Below, piece after piece: positions 48,824 through 60,319 of a stretch of 64,000 nt of DNA; position 1 is the first letter of the stretch, and each line of letters opens with the position of its first letter. The stretch lies in the NCBI RefSeq assembly GCF_056712565.1, contig NZ_CM160072.1; one strand, given 5' to 3'. The position numbers and the translations under genes are program-made. The notes under the pieces are model-generated. The model was not told where the DNA came from and made no database searches. It was given only the letters and a program-made list of their open reading frames with translations.

Positions 48824-49147
48824 TTAACCCAGTAGCCACATAAACAGCGCACCAAACATAATGCCAACCGTCGCCAGAGTGAAAACAATACTGTAGCGTA
48901 GCTTTCCGTCCATCAATGAATGCAGTGCAATCCCCACCACTACAGCGACGGGCATCAGCGCCAGAAAGAAAGGCCAGGTGTAGATAAAAAAGAGCAGCGT
49001 GTTAGAGCCATAAATCAACATCGGAATTGCCAACGCGCACAGCCACGATAAAAAACCAACCACAGCGCCAGGCAGCGACCATGTGGTGTCTTCAACCTCA
49101 GTAAGGCTGTCGTTATTTGTTAATGTAATGTTGTGGCTGTTACGCAT
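48824..49147 (-). CDS. ygbE: Inner-membrane protein YgbE
   Basis: 107-aa hydrophobic ORF matching recalled YgbE. Confidence 0.85.
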   Translation of the reverse strand: MRNSHNITLTNNDSLTEVEDTTWSLPGAVVGFLSWLCALAIPMLIYGSNTLLFFIYTWPFFLALMPVAVVVGIALHSLMDGKLRYSIVFTLATVGIMFGALFMWLLG

Positions 49148-49196
49148 ATCTGATCCTGTTACTTTGACGAACCGGGCATGAAAACCCGGTGGTGTC

Positions 49197-49802
49197 TCAG
49201 GATCTGATAATATCGTTCTGTCTCAACAGATCTAATAATTGCTGTACCAAATTTGTTACTAATTGTTCACCATTGAGATGAATTTCTGCCGATTCAGGCG
49301 CTTCGTAAACGGAATCTATTCCCGTAAAGTTGCGCAGTTCACCGGCACGCGCTTTCTTATATAAACCTTTTGGATCGCGGGCTTCGCAAATCGCCAGCGG
49401 CGTATCGACAAACACTTCGATAAAGCGCCCTTCTCCTACGCGTTCGCGAACCATCTGGCGTTCGGCGCGGTGTGGCGAGATAAATGCGGTCAGCACCACC
49501 AGTCCGGCTTCAACCATCAAATTCGCCACTTCACCGACGCGACGGATATTCTCTTTACGGTCGGCATCGCTAAAACCGAGATCGCTGCATAATCCGTGGC
49601 GAACGTTGTCGCCATCCAGCAGATACGTACTGACGCCAAGTTTATGTAACGCCTCCTCCAGCGCCCCCGCGACGGTTGATTTACCGGAACCAGAGAGGCC
49701 GGTAAACCACAGCACAACACCACGATGACCGTGGTGCTGTTCGCGTTGTTGCGGAGTTACTGGGTGGCTATGCCAGACGACGTTTTCGTCATGCAGAGCC
49801 AT
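49197..49802 (-). CDS. cysC: Adenylyl-sulfate (APS) kinase
   Basis: 201-aa ORF; P-loop GLSGSGKST. Confidence 0.95.
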   Translation of the reverse strand: MALHDENVVWHSHPVTPQQREQHHGHRGVVLWFTGLSGSGKSTVAGALEEALHKLGVSTYLLDGDNVRHGLCSDLGFSDADRKENIRRVGEVANLMVEAGLVVLTAFISPHRAERQMVRERVGEGRFIEVFVDTPLAICEARDPKGLYKKARAGELRNFTGIDSVYEAPESAEIHLNGEQLVTNLVQQLLDLLRQNDIIRS

Positions 49803-51229
49803 TATTTATCTCCCAGTAAATCGCGCGCACCCCAATGCGGGAAATGGCGGCGAACCAGGGCATTCAATTCCAGTTCGAATGCACTGAATTCAGATGGCGC
49901 AGCAGTTGCCTGGCTAACTGGTTCGTGCACCATACCGGCACCTACGGTCACATTACTCAGGCGATCGATAAAAATCAGCCCACCGGTAACCGGGTTTTGC
50001 TGATAACGATCTAACACCAGTGGCTCGTCAAAGGTGAGATCTACCAGGCCGATGCCGTTCAGCGGCAGGTTTTCAACTTCGCGTTGGGTAAGGTTATTGA
50101 TATCAACCTGATAATGAATGCCATCAACACGAGCACGCGTCTTCTTACCGGCAATTTTGATGTCGTAACTCTGGCCCGGGGAAAGCGGCTGTTCCGCCAT
50201 CCATACCACATCCACCGACGCGCTCTGCACAGCCGGTAACGCTTCGTCTGCCGCCAGCAGCAGATCGCCACGGCTGATGTCGATCTCATCCGTCAGCACC
50301 AGGGTGATCGCTTCTCCGGCAAAGGCTTCTTCGCGATCGCCATCAAAGGTCACGATCCGCGCGACGTTTGATTCCACACCAGAGGGCAGCACTTTGACAC
50401 GTTGCCCGACTTCCACACGACCGGATGCCAGCGTTCCGGCGTAGCCACGAAAATCGAGATTCGGACGGTTAACGTACTGCACCGGGAAGCGCATTGGCTG
50501 AGCATCCACCACTCGCTGGATCTCCACGGTTTCCAGCACTTCTAGCAGTGTCGGACCGCTGTACCACGGCATACTTTCACTTTGCGAAGCCACGTTGTCG
50601 CCTTCCAGTGCGGAGAGCGGCACAAAGCGGATATCCAGATTACCCGGCAGCTGCCCGGCAAAAGTCAGATAATCTTCACGAATACGGGTGAACGTCTCTT
50701 CACTGTAATCCACCAGATCCATTTTGTTGATCGCCACGACCAGATGTTTGATCCCCAACAGTGTGGAGATAAAACTGTGACGACGGGTTTGATCGAGCAC
50801 GCCTTTACGGGCATCGATCAGTAAGATCGCCAGTTCACATGTCGATGCGCCAGTCGCCATATTGCGGGTGTACTGCTCGTGCCCTGGGGTGTCGGCGATA
50901 ATAAATTTACGCTTCTCGGTAGAGAAATAGCGGTAGGCCACATCAATAGTGATGCCCTGTTCGCGCTCAGCTTGCAGGCCGTCCACCAGCAGTGCCAGAT
51001 CCAGCTTTTCGCCCTGGGTGCCGTGACGCTTACTGTCGTTATGCAGCGATGAGAGCTGATCTTCGTAGATTTGGCGGGTATCGTGCAGCAGGCGACCAAT
51101 CAGGGTACTTTTGCCGTCATCGACGCTACCACAGGTCAGAAAACGCAGCAGGCTTTTATGTTGTTGCGCAATCATCCAGGCTTCGACGCCGCCTTCATTG
51201 GCGATTTGTTGTGCAAGTGCGGTGTTCAT
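49802..51229 (-). CDS. cysN: Sulfate adenylyltransferase subunit 1 (GTPase)
   Basis: 475-aa ORF with EF-Tu-like GTPase motifs ([18 protein letters not shown]). Confidence 0.95.
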   Translation of the reverse strand: MNTALAQQIANEGGVEAWMIAQQHKSLLRFLTCGSVDDGKSTLIGRLLHDTRQIYEDQLSSLHNDSKRHGTQGEKLDLALLVDGLQAEREQGITIDVAYRYFSTEKRKFIIADTPGHEQYTRNMATGASTCELAILLIDARKGVLDQTRRHSFISTLLGIKHLVVAINKMDLVDYSEETFTRIREDYLTFAGQLPGNLDIRFVPLSALEGDNVASQSESMPWYSGPTLLEVLETVEIQRVVDAQPMRFPVQYVNRPNLDFRGYAGTLASGRVEVGQRVKVLPSGVESNVARIVTFDGDREEAFAGEAITLVLTDEIDISRGDLLLAADEALPAVQSASVDVVWMAEQPLSPGQSYDIKIAGKKTRARVDGIHYQVDINNLTQREVENLPLNGIGLVDLTFDEPLVLDRYQQNPVTGGLIFIDRLSNVTVGAGMVHEPVSQATAAPSEFSAFELELNALVRRHFPHWGARDLLGDK

Positions 51230-51230
51230 C

Positions 51231-52139
51231 TTAAAAATACCCCTGACGTTTTTTCAGCTCCATAGACCCCGCCTGGTCGCGGTCAATTACGCGGCCCTGA
51301 CGTTCACTGGTGGTGGAAACCAGCATCTCTTCGATGATCTCCGGCAGTGTTTGCGCATTTGACTCCACCGCGCCGGTCAGCGGCCAACAGCCCAGTGTGC
51401 GGAAACGCACCATCCGTTTTTTAATCACTTCGCCCGATTGCAGGTTGATACGGTTGTCATCAATCATCATCAGCATACCGTCGCGTTCCAGAACCGGACG
51501 TTCCGCAGCGAGATACAGCGGAACAATGTCGATATTTTCCAGCCAGATGTATTGCCAGATATCCTGCTCGGTCCAGTTTGAGAGCGGGAAGACGCGGATG
51601 CTTTCGCCTTTGTTAATTTGCCCGTTGTAGTTGTGCCACAGCTCCGGGCGCTGATTTTTCGGATCCCAGCGATGGAAGCGGTCACGGAAAGAGTAGATTC
51701 GCTCTTTAGCGCGGGATTTCTCTTCGTCACGGCGCGCACCACCGAAGGCGGCATCAAAACCGTATTTGTTCAGCGCCTGTTTCAGGCCTTCAGTTTTCAT
51801 AATATCGGTATGTTTCGCGCTGCCGTGTACGAATGGATTAATCCCCATCGCCACGCCTTCCGGGTTTTTATGCACCAGCAGCTCGCAGCCGTAGGCTTTC
51901 GCCGTACGATCGCGGAACTCATACATCTCGCGGAATTTCCAGCCGGTATCGACATGCAGCAACGGGAAAGGCAGCGTACCTGGATAAAACGCCTTGCGCG
52001 CCAGATGCAGCATGACGCTGGAATCTTTACCGATAGAGTAGAGCATCACCGGATTTGAGAATTCTGCAGCCACCTCGCGAATAATGTGGATGCTTTCCGC
52101 CTCCAGTTGCCGCAGGTGGGTAAGTCGTTTTTGATCCAT
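51231..52139 (-). CDS. cysD: Sulfate adenylyltransferase subunit 2
   Basis: 302-aa ORF; PAPS-reductase-like fold. Confidence 0.95.
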   Translation of the reverse strand: MDQKRLTHLRQLEAESIHIIREVAAEFSNPVMLYSIGKDSSVMLHLARKAFYPGTLPFPLLHVDTGWKFREMYEFRDRTAKAYGCELLVHKNPEGVAMGINPFVHGSAKHTDIMKTEGLKQALNKYGFDAAFGGARRDEEKSRAKERIYSFRDRFHRWDPKNQRPELWHNYNGQINKGESIRVFPLSNWTEQDIWQYIWLENIDIVPLYLAAERPVLERDGMLMMIDDNRINLQSGEVIKKRMVRFRTLGCWPLTGAVESNAQTLPEIIEEMLVSTTSERQGRVIDRDQAGSMELKKRQGYF

Positions 52140-52390
52140 AACCGTTCCTTTGCAATACCGCTATTTTCTTGCCATCAGATGTTTCGACTATAGGGAGCGT
52201 AAGAGAACGAATGAAATTACCAATTAGAATGAGTAGTTCCTTAACGGAATAACGATTTGGCAAAGCTAATATCAAAAAGTGCTTAAGGCACCGGATTTCG
52301 GGCGTTTAGGAAGATTTGAAATTGTTTTAGCGCAGCAGCAGTTTCATACTATGGCGGTAAAAAAATTTGCATGGTATTTAAGGACTCACT

Positions 52391-53428
52391 ATGTTTTCCG
52401 CATTGCGCCACCGTACCGCTGCCCTGGCGCTCGGCGTATGCTTTATTCTCCCCGTACACGCCTCGTCACCTAAACCTGGCGATTTTGCTAATACCCAGGC
52501 ACGACATATTGCTACTTTCTTTCCGGGACGCATGACCGGAACTCCTGCAGAAATGTTATCTGCCGATTATATTCGCCAACAGTTTCAGCAAATGGGTTAT
52601 CGCAGTGATGTTCGGACATTTAATAGTCGGTATATTTATACCGCCCGCGATAATCGCAAGAGCTGGCATAACGTGACGGGAAGTACGGTGATTGCCGCTC
52701 ATGAAGGCAAAGCGCCGCAGCAGATCATCATTATGGCGCATCTGGATACTTACGCCCCGCTGAGCGATGCTGACGCCGATGCCAATCTCGGCGGGCTAAC
52801 GTTACAAGGAATGGATGATAACGCCGCAGGTTTAGGTGTCATGCTGGAACTGGCTGAACACCTGAAAAATACGCCTACCGAGTATGGTATTCGATTTGTG
52901 GCGACCAGCGGCGAAGAGGAAGGAAAATTAGGCGCTGAGAATTTACTCAAGCGGATGAGTGACACCGAAAAGAAAAATACGCTGCTGGTGATTAATCTCG
53001 ATAACTTAATTGTTGGCGATAAGCTGTATTTCAACAGTGGCGTAAACACACCTGAAGCAGTAAGGAAATTAACGCGCGACCGGGCGCTGGCAATTGCCCG
53101 CAGCCATGGAATTGCCGCCACCACAAATCCAGGTTTGAATAAAAACTATCCGAAAGGCACCGGGTGTTGTAATGACGCAGAAATATTCGACAAAGCCGGT
53201 ATTGCTGTACTTTCGGTGGAAGCGACTAACTGGAATCTTGGCAATAAGGATGGTTATCAGCAACGCGCAAAAACAGCCGCATTCCCTGCGGGAAATAGCT
53301 GGCATGACGTAAGACTGGATAATCAACAGCATATTGATAAGGCACTTCCTGGAAGAATAGAACGTCGCTGCCGTGATGTTATGCGGATAATGCTACCGTT
53401 GGTGAAGGAGCTGGCGAAGGCATCTTAA
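52391..53428 (+). CDS. iap: Alkaline phosphatase isozyme conversion aminopeptidase
   Basis: 345-aa ORF with signal peptide and M28-type peptidase motifs. Confidence 0.93.
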   Translation: MFSALRHRTAALALGVCFILPVHASSPKPGDFANTQARHIATFFPGRMTGTPAEMLSADYIRQQFQQMGYRSDVRTFNSRYIYTARDNRKSWHNVTGSTVIAAHEGKAPQQIIIMAHLDTYAPLSDADADANLGGLTLQGMDDNAAGLGVMLELAEHLKNTPTEYGIRFVATSGEEEGKLGAENLLKRMSDTEKKNTLLVINLDNLIVGDKLYFNSGVNTPEAVRKLTRDRALAIARSHGIAATTNPGLNKNYPKGTGCCNDAEIFDKAGIAVLSVEATNWNLGNKDGYQQRAKTAAFPAGNSWHDVRLDNQQHIDKALPGRIERRCRDVMRIMLPLVKELAKAS

Positions 53429-53527
53429 TGGGTTTGAAATGATTACTCCCTTGCCTGCAGGAAATCAATGCCACCAGAAACAGAGTATAAAAAAGGGTGC
53501 AGGAGACCAAACCATCACAATTCAGTA

Positions 53528-53546
53528 CGCGGGGTTTTACCCCGCG
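53528..53546. terminator. GC-rich stem-loop at the 3' end of the hok-like gene
   Basis: CGCGGGG-TTTTA-CCCCGCG (7-bp GC stem) 6 nt beyond the hok-like stop on the minus strand and ~100 nt downstream of iap on the plus strand; no U-tract in either orientation. Confidence 0.55.
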
Positions 53547-53552
53547 TGGTGG

Positions 53553-53705
53553 CTACTTCTTCGATTCGTAAGCGAGAACTGCCTTAAACTCCATACCACG
53601 TTCTCTGATACTCAACTCACACAACGAGTCGCCTACCATCAACGTGAATCCCAGTACTGTACAACACAGTACGATGATTGCCACAAGGGCATATTTTGTC
53701 AGCAT
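53553..53705 (-). CDS. Hok/Gef-family type I toxin (HokE-like small membrane peptide)
   Basis: 50-codon [53 protein letters not shown]: hydrophobic N-terminal helix, conserved Cys in SLCEL, C-terminal AYE motif; GGAGG Shine-Dalgarno 7 nt upstream; GC-rich hairpin just 3' of the stop. Close by eye to recalled chromosomal HokE. Confidence 0.8.
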   Translation of the reverse strand: MLTKYALVAIIVLCCTVLGFTLMVGDSLCELSIRERGMEFKAVLAYESKK

Positions 53706-53912
53706 GTCTTGCCTCCCTGCAAAGAAGAGACTAACATCCGAATTGCTTAGGTTCGAACGTAGGCCTCAGGTTGATAGAAATATCGCCTGGGGCTTTTGTC
53801 CATCTGGAACCTCGCGAATGCTTAACGCCAGACAGCCTCAAGCACCCAATGCCATTCTATACCTGTTAATTCTCCCTGCGACGTTCTCGTTTAAATGCCG
53901 GAATGCTGCTCG

Positions 53913-53953
53913 CAAAATAAAAACGCCCCCATCATTTCTGACAGAGGCGTTTA
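53913..53953 (-). terminator. Candidate rho-independent terminator of cysJIH
   Basis: Minus strand AAACGCC...GGCGTTT stem followed by TTTATTTT, 17 nt downstream of the cysH stop. Confidence 0.6.
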
Positions 53954-53969
53954 ATTTATCCGGCAATAT

Positions 53970-54704
53970 TTACCCTTCGTGTAATCCACATTCCCTTTTT
54001 AAGCCAAAGAAACGCGTTTCTTCTTCCGCCATGCCGGGTTCCCATTTACGGGTTGTATGGGTATCGCCCACCGATAAATATCCTTCATCCCATAATGGGT
54101 GATATTTCAGGCCATGTTTTTGCAGGTACTGATAAATAGTTCGGTTATCCCAGTCGATAATCGGCAGCACTTTAAATACGCCACGCTGAATTGCCAGCAC
54201 CGGTAAATTGGCGCGGCTGCCGGATTGTTCACGGCGCAGGCCAGCAAACCAGGTTTGCACATTCAGTTCTTTCAGCGCCCGGTTCATCGGTTCGACTTTG
54301 TTGATGTCATTGTACTTTTCAATGCCTTCAACGCCCTGCTCCCACAGTTTGCCGTAGCGTGCTTCCTGCCAGGCGGCGCTTTCGGTAGCACGGTACACTT
54401 TCAGGTTGAGCTTGAGTTTATCCGTTAACTCGTCAATAAAGCGGTAGGTTTCCGGGAACAGATAGCCGGTATCGGTGAGGATCACTGGAATATCCGGGCG
54501 AATCTGATTCACCAGATGCAGACTCACCGCCGCCTGAATGCCAAAGCTGGAAGAAAGTACATATTCACCGGGCAGATTATCCAGCGCCCAGGCTACGCGG
54601 CCTTCAGCGTCCAGTTTTTCCAGTTGGGCGTTAGTTTCCGCCAGCGCCAGAATCCGGTCTACCTTTGGCAGTTCGTTCAGGGCGTTTAGATCGAGTTTGG
54701 ACAT
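53970..54704 (-). CDS. cysH: Phosphoadenosine phosphosulfate (PAPS) reductase
   Basis: Start at [12 protein letters not shown] (244 aa); the ORF track extends 51 codons upstream. C-terminal catalytic ECGLH motif. Confidence 0.94.
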   Translation of the reverse strand: MSKLDLNALNELPKVDRILALAETNAQLEKLDAEGRVAWALDNLPGEYVLSSSFGIQAAVSLHLVNQIRPDIPVILTDTGYLFPETYRFIDELTDKLKLNLKVYRATESAAWQEARYGKLWEQGVEGIEKYNDINKVEPMNRALKELNVQTWFAGLRREQSGSRANLPVLAIQRGVFKVLPIIDWDNRTIYQYLQKHGLKYHPLWDEGYLSVGDTHTTRKWEPGMAEEETRFFGLKRECGLHEG

Positions 54705-54724
54705 AAGTTCCTCACTGTTTGCCT

Positions 54725-54761
54725 TGCCTGATGCAACGCTTACACATCTTATCAGGCCTAC
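54725..54761. repeat. REP element between cysI and cysH
   Basis: GCCTGATGCAACGCTTACACATCTTATCAGGCCTACA in the 73-bp cysI-cysH spacer. Confidence 0.8.
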
Positions 54762-54777
54762 AAGACCGGGCTGATGG

Positions 54778-56490
54778 TTAATCCCACAAATCGCGCGCCG
54801 GATCGAGCACCGGGCGAATGATGCCCGCACGCACCGTAAAGTCGCCGAAGCCTTCACCCACTTCGCGCTCTTTCGCCCAGCGCCCTATCAGTTCATCAAG
54901 CGACGCCAGGATTTCCGGCTCGGTGATGTTTTCTTTATACATCCGTGGGATACGTGTCCCAATGCGGTTGCCGCCAAGATGCAGGTTGTAGCGACCCGGC
55001 GCTTTCCCCACCAGACCCACTTCCGCCAGCATCGCGCGACCACAACCGTTCGGGCAGCCTGTTACACGCATCACGATATGCTCATCGCTGACACCATGTT
55101 TCGCCATTAAATTATCGATGTTGTCGATAAAAGACGGCAGGAAACGCTCCGCTTCCGCCATCGCCAGCGGGCAAGTCGGGAATGACACGCAGGCCATTGA
55201 GTTTTCACGCTGCGGCGTGACGGCATTCATTAACCCGCTTTCTTTGGCGATCTTCTCGATCTTCGCTTTCTCGCTTTCCGGCACGCCGGCGATGATCAGA
55301 TTCTGGTTCGCCGTAATGCGGAAATCACCTTTGTGGATCTTCGCGATCTCCAGCAAGCCGGTTTTCAGCGGACGTCCCGGATAATCAAGAATGCGACCAT
55401 TTTCGATAAACAGCGTCAGGTGCCAGTTATCATCAATGCCCTTAACCCAGCCAATACGATCGCCGCGTCCGGTAAACTCATACGGGCGAATCGGCTCGAA
55501 TTTGATCCCCGCGCGACGTTCGACTTCCGCTTTAAATGTCTCAACCCCCACCCGCTCCAGCGTGTATTTGGTTTTGGCATTTTTACGATCGGTACGATTA
55601 CCCCAGTCGCGCTGAGTCGTCACAACGGCTTCCGCTACCGCCAGCGTATGTTCCAGCGGTAAATAACCAAACTCACTCGCCGTGCGGGCGTAGGTTTTCT
55701 TGTTGCCGTGTTCAATGGAAAGCCCACCGCCCACCAGCAGGTTAAAGCCCACCAGCTTGCCGTTTTCGGCGATCGCCACGAAGTTCATGTCGTTGGCGTG
55801 CAGATCGATATCGTTCTGCGGCGGGATCACTACCGTGGTTTTGAACTTACGCGGCAGGTAGGTCTGACCAAGGATCGGCTCTTCATCAGTAGTGGCGACT
55901 TTTTCCTGATCGAGCCAGATCTCCGCATACGCGCGGGTACGAGGCAGCAGATGTTCAGAAATTTTCTTCGCCCATTCATATGCTTCCGCGTGCAGCTGCG
56001 ACTCGTAAGGGTTCGAGGTGCAGAGTACGTTACGGTTCATGTCGTTGGCGGTCGCCAGCGCATCAAGACCGACCGAGTGCAGCATCTGGTGCACCGGTTT
56101 GACGTTCTTTTTCAGAATGCCGTGGAACTGAAACGTCTGGCGGTTGGTCAGGCGAATGCTGCCATAGATGGTGTTTTCACCGGCAAATTTGTCGATCGCC
56201 TGCCACTGTTTAGTGGTAATCACCCCACCCGGCAGACGACAGCGAAGCAGCATCGCGTGACGTGGTTCCAGCTTCTGTTCAGCACGTTCGGCGCGGATGT
56301 CGCGGTCATCCTGCTGATACATGCCGTGGAAGCGGATCAGCAGGAAGTTATCACCCTTAAAGCCGCCGGTCAGACCGTCGTTTAAATCTTCCGCAATGGT
56401 GCCGCGCAGGTAGTTGCTTTCAAGCTTCATGCGCTCGGCGTCTGTCAGTTTTCCTTCGACCACTAAAGGTCCTGGATGTTTTTCGCTCAT
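54778..56490 (-). CDS. cysI: Sulfite reductase hemoprotein beta subunit
   Basis: 570-aa ORF with siroheme/4Fe-4S Cys motifs ([17 protein letters not shown]). Confidence 0.95.
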   Translation of the reverse strand: MSEKHPGPLVVEGKLTDAERMKLESNYLRGTIAEDLNDGLTGGFKGDNFLLIRFHGMYQQDDRDIRAERAEQKLEPRHAMLLRCRLPGGVITTKQWQAIDKFAGENTIYGSIRLTNRQTFQFHGILKKNVKPVHQMLHSVGLDALATANDMNRNVLCTSNPYESQLHAEAYEWAKKISEHLLPRTRAYAEIWLDQEKVATTDEEPILGQTYLPRKFKTTVVIPPQNDIDLHANDMNFVAIAENGKLVGFNLLVGGGLSIEHGNKKTYARTASEFGYLPLEHTLAVAEAVVTTQRDWGNRTDRKNAKTKYTLERVGVETFKAEVERRAGIKFEPIRPYEFTGRGDRIGWVKGIDDNWHLTLFIENGRILDYPGRPLKTGLLEIAKIHKGDFRITANQNLIIAGVPESEKAKIEKIAKESGLMNAVTPQRENSMACVSFPTCPLAMAEAERFLPSFIDNIDNLMAKHGVSDEHIVMRVTGCPNGCGRAMLAEVGLVGKAPGRYNLHLGGNRIGTRIPRMYKENITEPEILASLDELIGRWAKEREVGEGFGDFTVRAGIIRPVLDPARDLWD

Positions 56491-58289
56491 TAGTAGACAT
56501 CTCGCTGATAACGGCGCTCTACGCGCAGCTCACTTAAAAATTCATCCGCCGCTTCGGTGTCCATGCCACCAAATTCGGCAATCACTTCCAGAAGTGCCTG
56601 CTCAACGTCTTTCGCCATGCGATTAGCGTCGCCGCAGACATAAATGTGGGCACCGTCATTGATCCAGCGCCACAGCTCTGCGCCCTGTTCGCGCAGTTTG
56701 TCTTGTACGTAAATTTTTTCTTTTTGATCGCGCGACCAGGCGAGATCGATGCGCGTCAGCACGCCTTCTTTGACGTAACGCTGCCATTCCACCTGGTAGA
56801 GGAAATCTTCCGTAAAGTGTGGGTTGCCAAAGAATAGCCAGTTTTTACCCGGCGCTTCGTCGGCAGCACGCTGCTGCATAAAGGCACGGAACGGCGCGAT
56901 GCCGGTGCCAGGGCCAATCATGATCACCGGGGTTTCCGGATTGGTTGGCAGGCGGAAGTTGTCGTTATGTTCGATAAAGACGCGGACTTCACCCTCTTCT
57001 TCCACACGATCCGCGAGGAAGCTGGAGGCACCACCGGCACGGGCGCGGCCTTCCACGTCGTAACGCACCACACCAACGGTAACGTGCACTTCGTTCTCGA
57101 CTTCCGCCTGCGAGGAGGCGATGGAATACAGGCGCGGGGTCAGCGGGCGCAGCAGATTAATCAGCGCTTCGGCATCCAGTTGCGCCGGAGAGAAACGCAC
57201 CATGTCGACAATCGGCGTCGTCGCGGCGTAATGCTGTAACTTCGCTTTATCGCCCACCAGCGGCAGCAGCGTTTCGCTGCGGGTAAGCGTGGCATAGTTC
57301 TCAACAATGTTGGCGGTGTTGACGGTCAGTTCGAAGTGCCACTGTAGCGCTTCGTTCAGAGGCAACGTTTTGCCCTCGACGGTGACAGGTTCATCGCCTT
57401 TCAGCCACAGCAGTTCGACAAGTTCTTTCACCAGTGCCGGATCGTTCTGATACCAGACGCCCAACGCGTCACCCGGCTGGTAACGCAGGCCAGAGTCACC
57501 TAAGTCAATTTCAATGTGACGAACGTCTTTTTCAGAGTTACGCCCGGTAATTTTCTGGTTAACCGAAAGGCTGGCCGCCAGCGGCGCGTCTTTGCTATAC
57601 GGGCTGGTGTGGATTTCATTTACCGTGCCAGTAGCGACGGATTGCGAAGGTGCCGCGACAGGCGCACGCGATTTAAGCGCATCAACCACGCGGGCGCGCC
57701 ACTCGCTGGCAGCAGCCTGGTATTCAACGTCGGCATCGACACGGTCGAGCAGGCGTTCACCGCCCAGTTCCGCCAGCTTACTGTCAAAATCTTTCCCGGA
57801 CTGGCAGAAAAATTCATAAGAGCTATCGCCGAGGCTAAACACGGCAAACGCGGTGTTTTCCAGCTTTGGCGCTTTTTTGGAGAACAGGAACTTATGCAGC
57901 GCGACGGCTTCTTCCGGCGGTTCCCCTTCCCCTTGCGTTGACGTCACCACGATAAGCAGTTTTTCGCTGGCGATTTGTTTGAATTTATAGTCACCCGCGT
58001 TCACCAGCTTAACGTTCAGTTTTGCCGCTAATAAATCATCGCGTAATGCTTCAGCAACCCGGCGCGCATTGCCGGTTTGCGAGGCGGAGATAATAGTTAT
58101 ACCCGGCATTTCTGCGGCGGGCGCTGGCGTCGCTGCAAGCGCAGCAGGCTGCTGGTTGAGCACGCCCCAGAAATAGCCAGAAACCCAGGCAAGCTGGGTA
58201 GGAGTTAAATCGGTCGTGGCCGCCTGAAGGCGTGCCAGTTGCTCCGGGTTCAACGGAAGCAACGCGGAAGGTGGGACCTGTGTCGTCAT
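56490..58289 (-). CDS. cysJ: Sulfite reductase flavoprotein alpha subunit
   Basis: 599-aa ORF; flavodoxin-like FMN domain plus FAD/NADPH reductase domain. Confidence 0.95.
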   Translation of the reverse strand: MTTQVPPSALLPLNPEQLARLQAATTDLTPTQLAWVSGYFWGVLNQQPAALAATPAPAAEMPGITIISASQTGNARRVAEALRDDLLAAKLNVKLVNAGDYKFKQIASEKLLIVVTSTQGEGEPPEEAVALHKFLFSKKAPKLENTAFAVFSLGDSSYEFFCQSGKDFDSKLAELGGERLLDRVDADVEYQAAASEWRARVVDALKSRAPVAAPSQSVATGTVNEIHTSPYSKDAPLAASLSVNQKITGRNSEKDVRHIEIDLGDSGLRYQPGDALGVWYQNDPALVKELVELLWLKGDEPVTVEGKTLPLNEALQWHFELTVNTANIVENYATLTRSETLLPLVGDKAKLQHYAATTPIVDMVRFSPAQLDAEALINLLRPLTPRLYSIASSQAEVENEVHVTVGVVRYDVEGRARAGGASSFLADRVEEEGEVRVFIEHNDNFRLPTNPETPVIMIGPGTGIAPFRAFMQQRAADEAPGKNWLFFGNPHFTEDFLYQVEWQRYVKEGVLTRIDLAWSRDQKEKIYVQDKLREQGAELWRWINDGAHIYVCGDANRMAKDVEQALLEVIAEFGGMDTEAADEFLSELRVERRYQRDVY

Positions 58290-58604
58290 GCGTCGTTATG
58301 TTCCAGTAAGCAAAGCTGTTTCTGCGCCCTGTCAGCGCCCATAAAACAGAAGAGAAGGTAAGGTTAACGGGGTGAACGGTGTGGATTAAAGACGGGATAG
58401 CGATAACTAATAACCAAATCGACTAACCTGTTTTAGCAATAGTCTTTAACAACAAAATAGATTAACCAACCCAATGAAAAACAAATGAATATTGCCCATC
58501 AATAAGATAAATCAGCGATTTTGCGCAACAAAGTCGTTTTAGATAATGCGAAAAAACAGCCTTTCCGGTACTCTACGGCGGTTTTATCGTCATGTAGAGA
58601 AATT

Positions 58605-58970
58605 ATGATGTCCACCACGTTATTTAAAGATTTCACCTTCGAAGCCGCTCACCGCTTGCCGCACGTCCCACAAGGGCATAAATGTGGTCGCCTGCACGGG
58701 CATTCCTTTATGGTGCGACTGGAAATTACCGGGGAAGTCGATCCGCATACGGGCTGGATTATCGATTTCGCTGAACTGAAAGCGGCGTTTAAACCAACTT
58801 ATGAGCGCCTCGATCACCATTATCTCAATGATATTCCTGGTCTGGAAAACCCAACCAGCGAAGTTTTAGCAAAATGGATTTGGGATCAGGTTAAACCCGT
58901 TGTGCCGCTGTTAAGTGCGGTGATGGTAAAAGAAACCTGCACCGCAGGTTGTATCTATCGCGGCGAATGA
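58605..58970 (+). CDS. queD: 6-carboxy-5,6,7,8-tetrahydropterin synthase
   Basis: Start at [18 protein letters not shown] (121 aa); conserved CGRLHGHS motif; divergent from cysJ. Confidence 0.92.
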   Translation: MMSTTLFKDFTFEAAHRLPHVPQGHKCGRLHGHSFMVRLEITGEVDPHTGWIIDFAELKAAFKPTYERLDHHYLNDIPGLENPTSEVLAKWIWDQVKPVVPLLSAVMVKETCTAGCIYRGE

Positions 58971-59047
58971 TAAGAGTGTGTCGGCGGTCAATTTCCCTTA
59001 AGTAACGCTATGTTAGGGTGTTGTGTTCTGGATATCTGGGGCATGAC

Positions 59048-60319
59048 ATGGAAGACGACTGCGACATTATTATTATTGGTGCCGGTATTGCTGGCACCGC
59101 TTGCGCGTTACGCTGCGCGCGAGCGGGTTTATCCGTTCTGTTACTGGAACGAGCGGAGATTCCCGGCAGCAAAAATCTTTCCGGCGGGCGGCTATACACC
59201 CATGCGCTCGCGGAACTCCTCCCGCAATTTCACCTGACCGCGCCCCTTGAACGACGCATCACTCACGAAAGTCTTTCTCTGTTAACGCCAGATGGCGCAA
59301 CGACGTTTTCCAGCTTACAGCCCGGCGGTGAATCCTGGAGTGTATTACGTGCACGATTCGATCCGTGGCTGGTTGCCGAAGCCGAAAAAGAAGGTGTCGA
59401 ATGCATCCCCGGTGCGACGGTAGATGCACTGTATGAAGAAAACGGCAGGGTGTGTGGTGTCATTTGTGGTGACGATATTCTTCGCGCCCGTTATGTGGTG
59501 CTGGCAGAAGGTGCCAACAGCGTCCTCGCGGAACGCCACGGGTTAGTGACTCGTCCTGCTGGCGAAGCGATGGCATTGGGGATCAAAGAAGTGCTGACGC
59601 TGGAACCATCCGCTATTGAAGAACGTTTTCATCTGGAGAATAACGAAGGCGCAGCGTTGTTGTTCAGCGGCGGGATCTGTGATGACTTACCCGGCGGCGC
59701 ATTTCTTTATACTAATCAACAAACGCTCTCGTTAGGGATTGTTTGCCCGCTCTCCTCCCTTACGCAAAGTCGTGTTCCGGCAAGCGAGCTGCTGGCTCGC
59801 TTTAAAACGCATCCGGCAGTGCGCCCGCTTATCAAAAACACGGAATCACTGGAGTATGGTGCGCATCTGGTGCCAGAAGGTGGCCTGCGCAGTATGCCGG
59901 TGCAATACGCCGGTAACGGCTGGCTGCTGGTGGGCGATGCGTTGCGCAGTTGCGTCAATACCGGAATTTCCGTGCGCGGTATGGATATGGCGCTAACTGG
60001 CGCGCAGGCGGCGGCACAAACGCTGATAAGCGCCTGCCAGCACCGCGAGCCGCAAAATCTGTTTCCGCTTTATCATCACAACGTAGAGCGCAGCCTGCTG
60101 TGGGATGTTCTACAGCGTTATCAGCATGTTCCGGCGCTTTTGCAACGCCCTGGCTGGTATCGGGTGTGGTCTGGGTTAATGCAGGATATTTCCCGTGATT
60201 TATGGGATCAGGGGAATACACCTGTTCCACCGCTGCGCCAGTTGCTCTGGCGTCATTTACGTCGTCACGGCTTGTGGCATCTGACGGGCGATGTTATCAA
60301 GAGTCTGCGATGTCTGTAG
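59048..60319 (+). CDS. ygcN: FAD-dependent oxidoreductase (FixC-like)
   Basis: Start at ATG MEDDCDIIIIGAGIAG (423 aa); the ORF-track start is a GTG 10 codons upstream. Confidence 0.9.
   Translation: MEDDCDIIIIGAGIAGTACALRCARAGLSVLLLERAEIPGSKNLSGGRLYTHALAELLPQFHLTAPLERRITHESLSLLTPDGATTFSSLQPGGESWSVLRARFDPWLVAEAEKEGVECIPGATVDALYEENGRVCGVICGDDILRARYVVLAEGANSVLAERHGLVTRPAGEAMALGIKEVLTLEPSAIEERFHLENNEGAALLFSGGICDDLPGGAFLYTNQQTLSLGIVCPLSSLTQSRVPASELLARFKTHPAVRPLIKNTESLEYGAHLVPEGGLRSMPVQYAGNGWLLVGDALRSCVNTGISVRGMDMALTGAQAAAQTLISACQHREPQNLFPLYHHNVERSLLWDVLQRYQHVPALLQRPGWYRVWSGLMQDISRDLWDQGNTPVPPLRQLLWRHLRRHGLWHLTGDVIKSLRCL

Noticed and set aside
53429-53969. Looked for a residual CRISPR array (29-bp I-E repeats or leader) between iap and cysH
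   Set aside because: No repeated ~29-bp unit or regularly spaced direct repeats are present; the only palindrome (53528-53546) is a single hairpin, so no CRISPR feature is called.
53644-54102. 152-aa plus-strand ORF spanning the hok-like gene and the cysH 3' end
   Set aside because: Overlaps two better-supported minus-strand features, has no ribosome-binding site, and its translation is low-complexity.
55708-56385. 225-aa plus-strand ORF antisense to cysI (similar shadow ORFs: 62988-63464 in ygcS, 8413-8829 in hypF, 35264-35737 in ygbJ)
   Set aside because: Embedded in conserved genes on the opposite strand, with no ribosome-binding site or recognisable domain.
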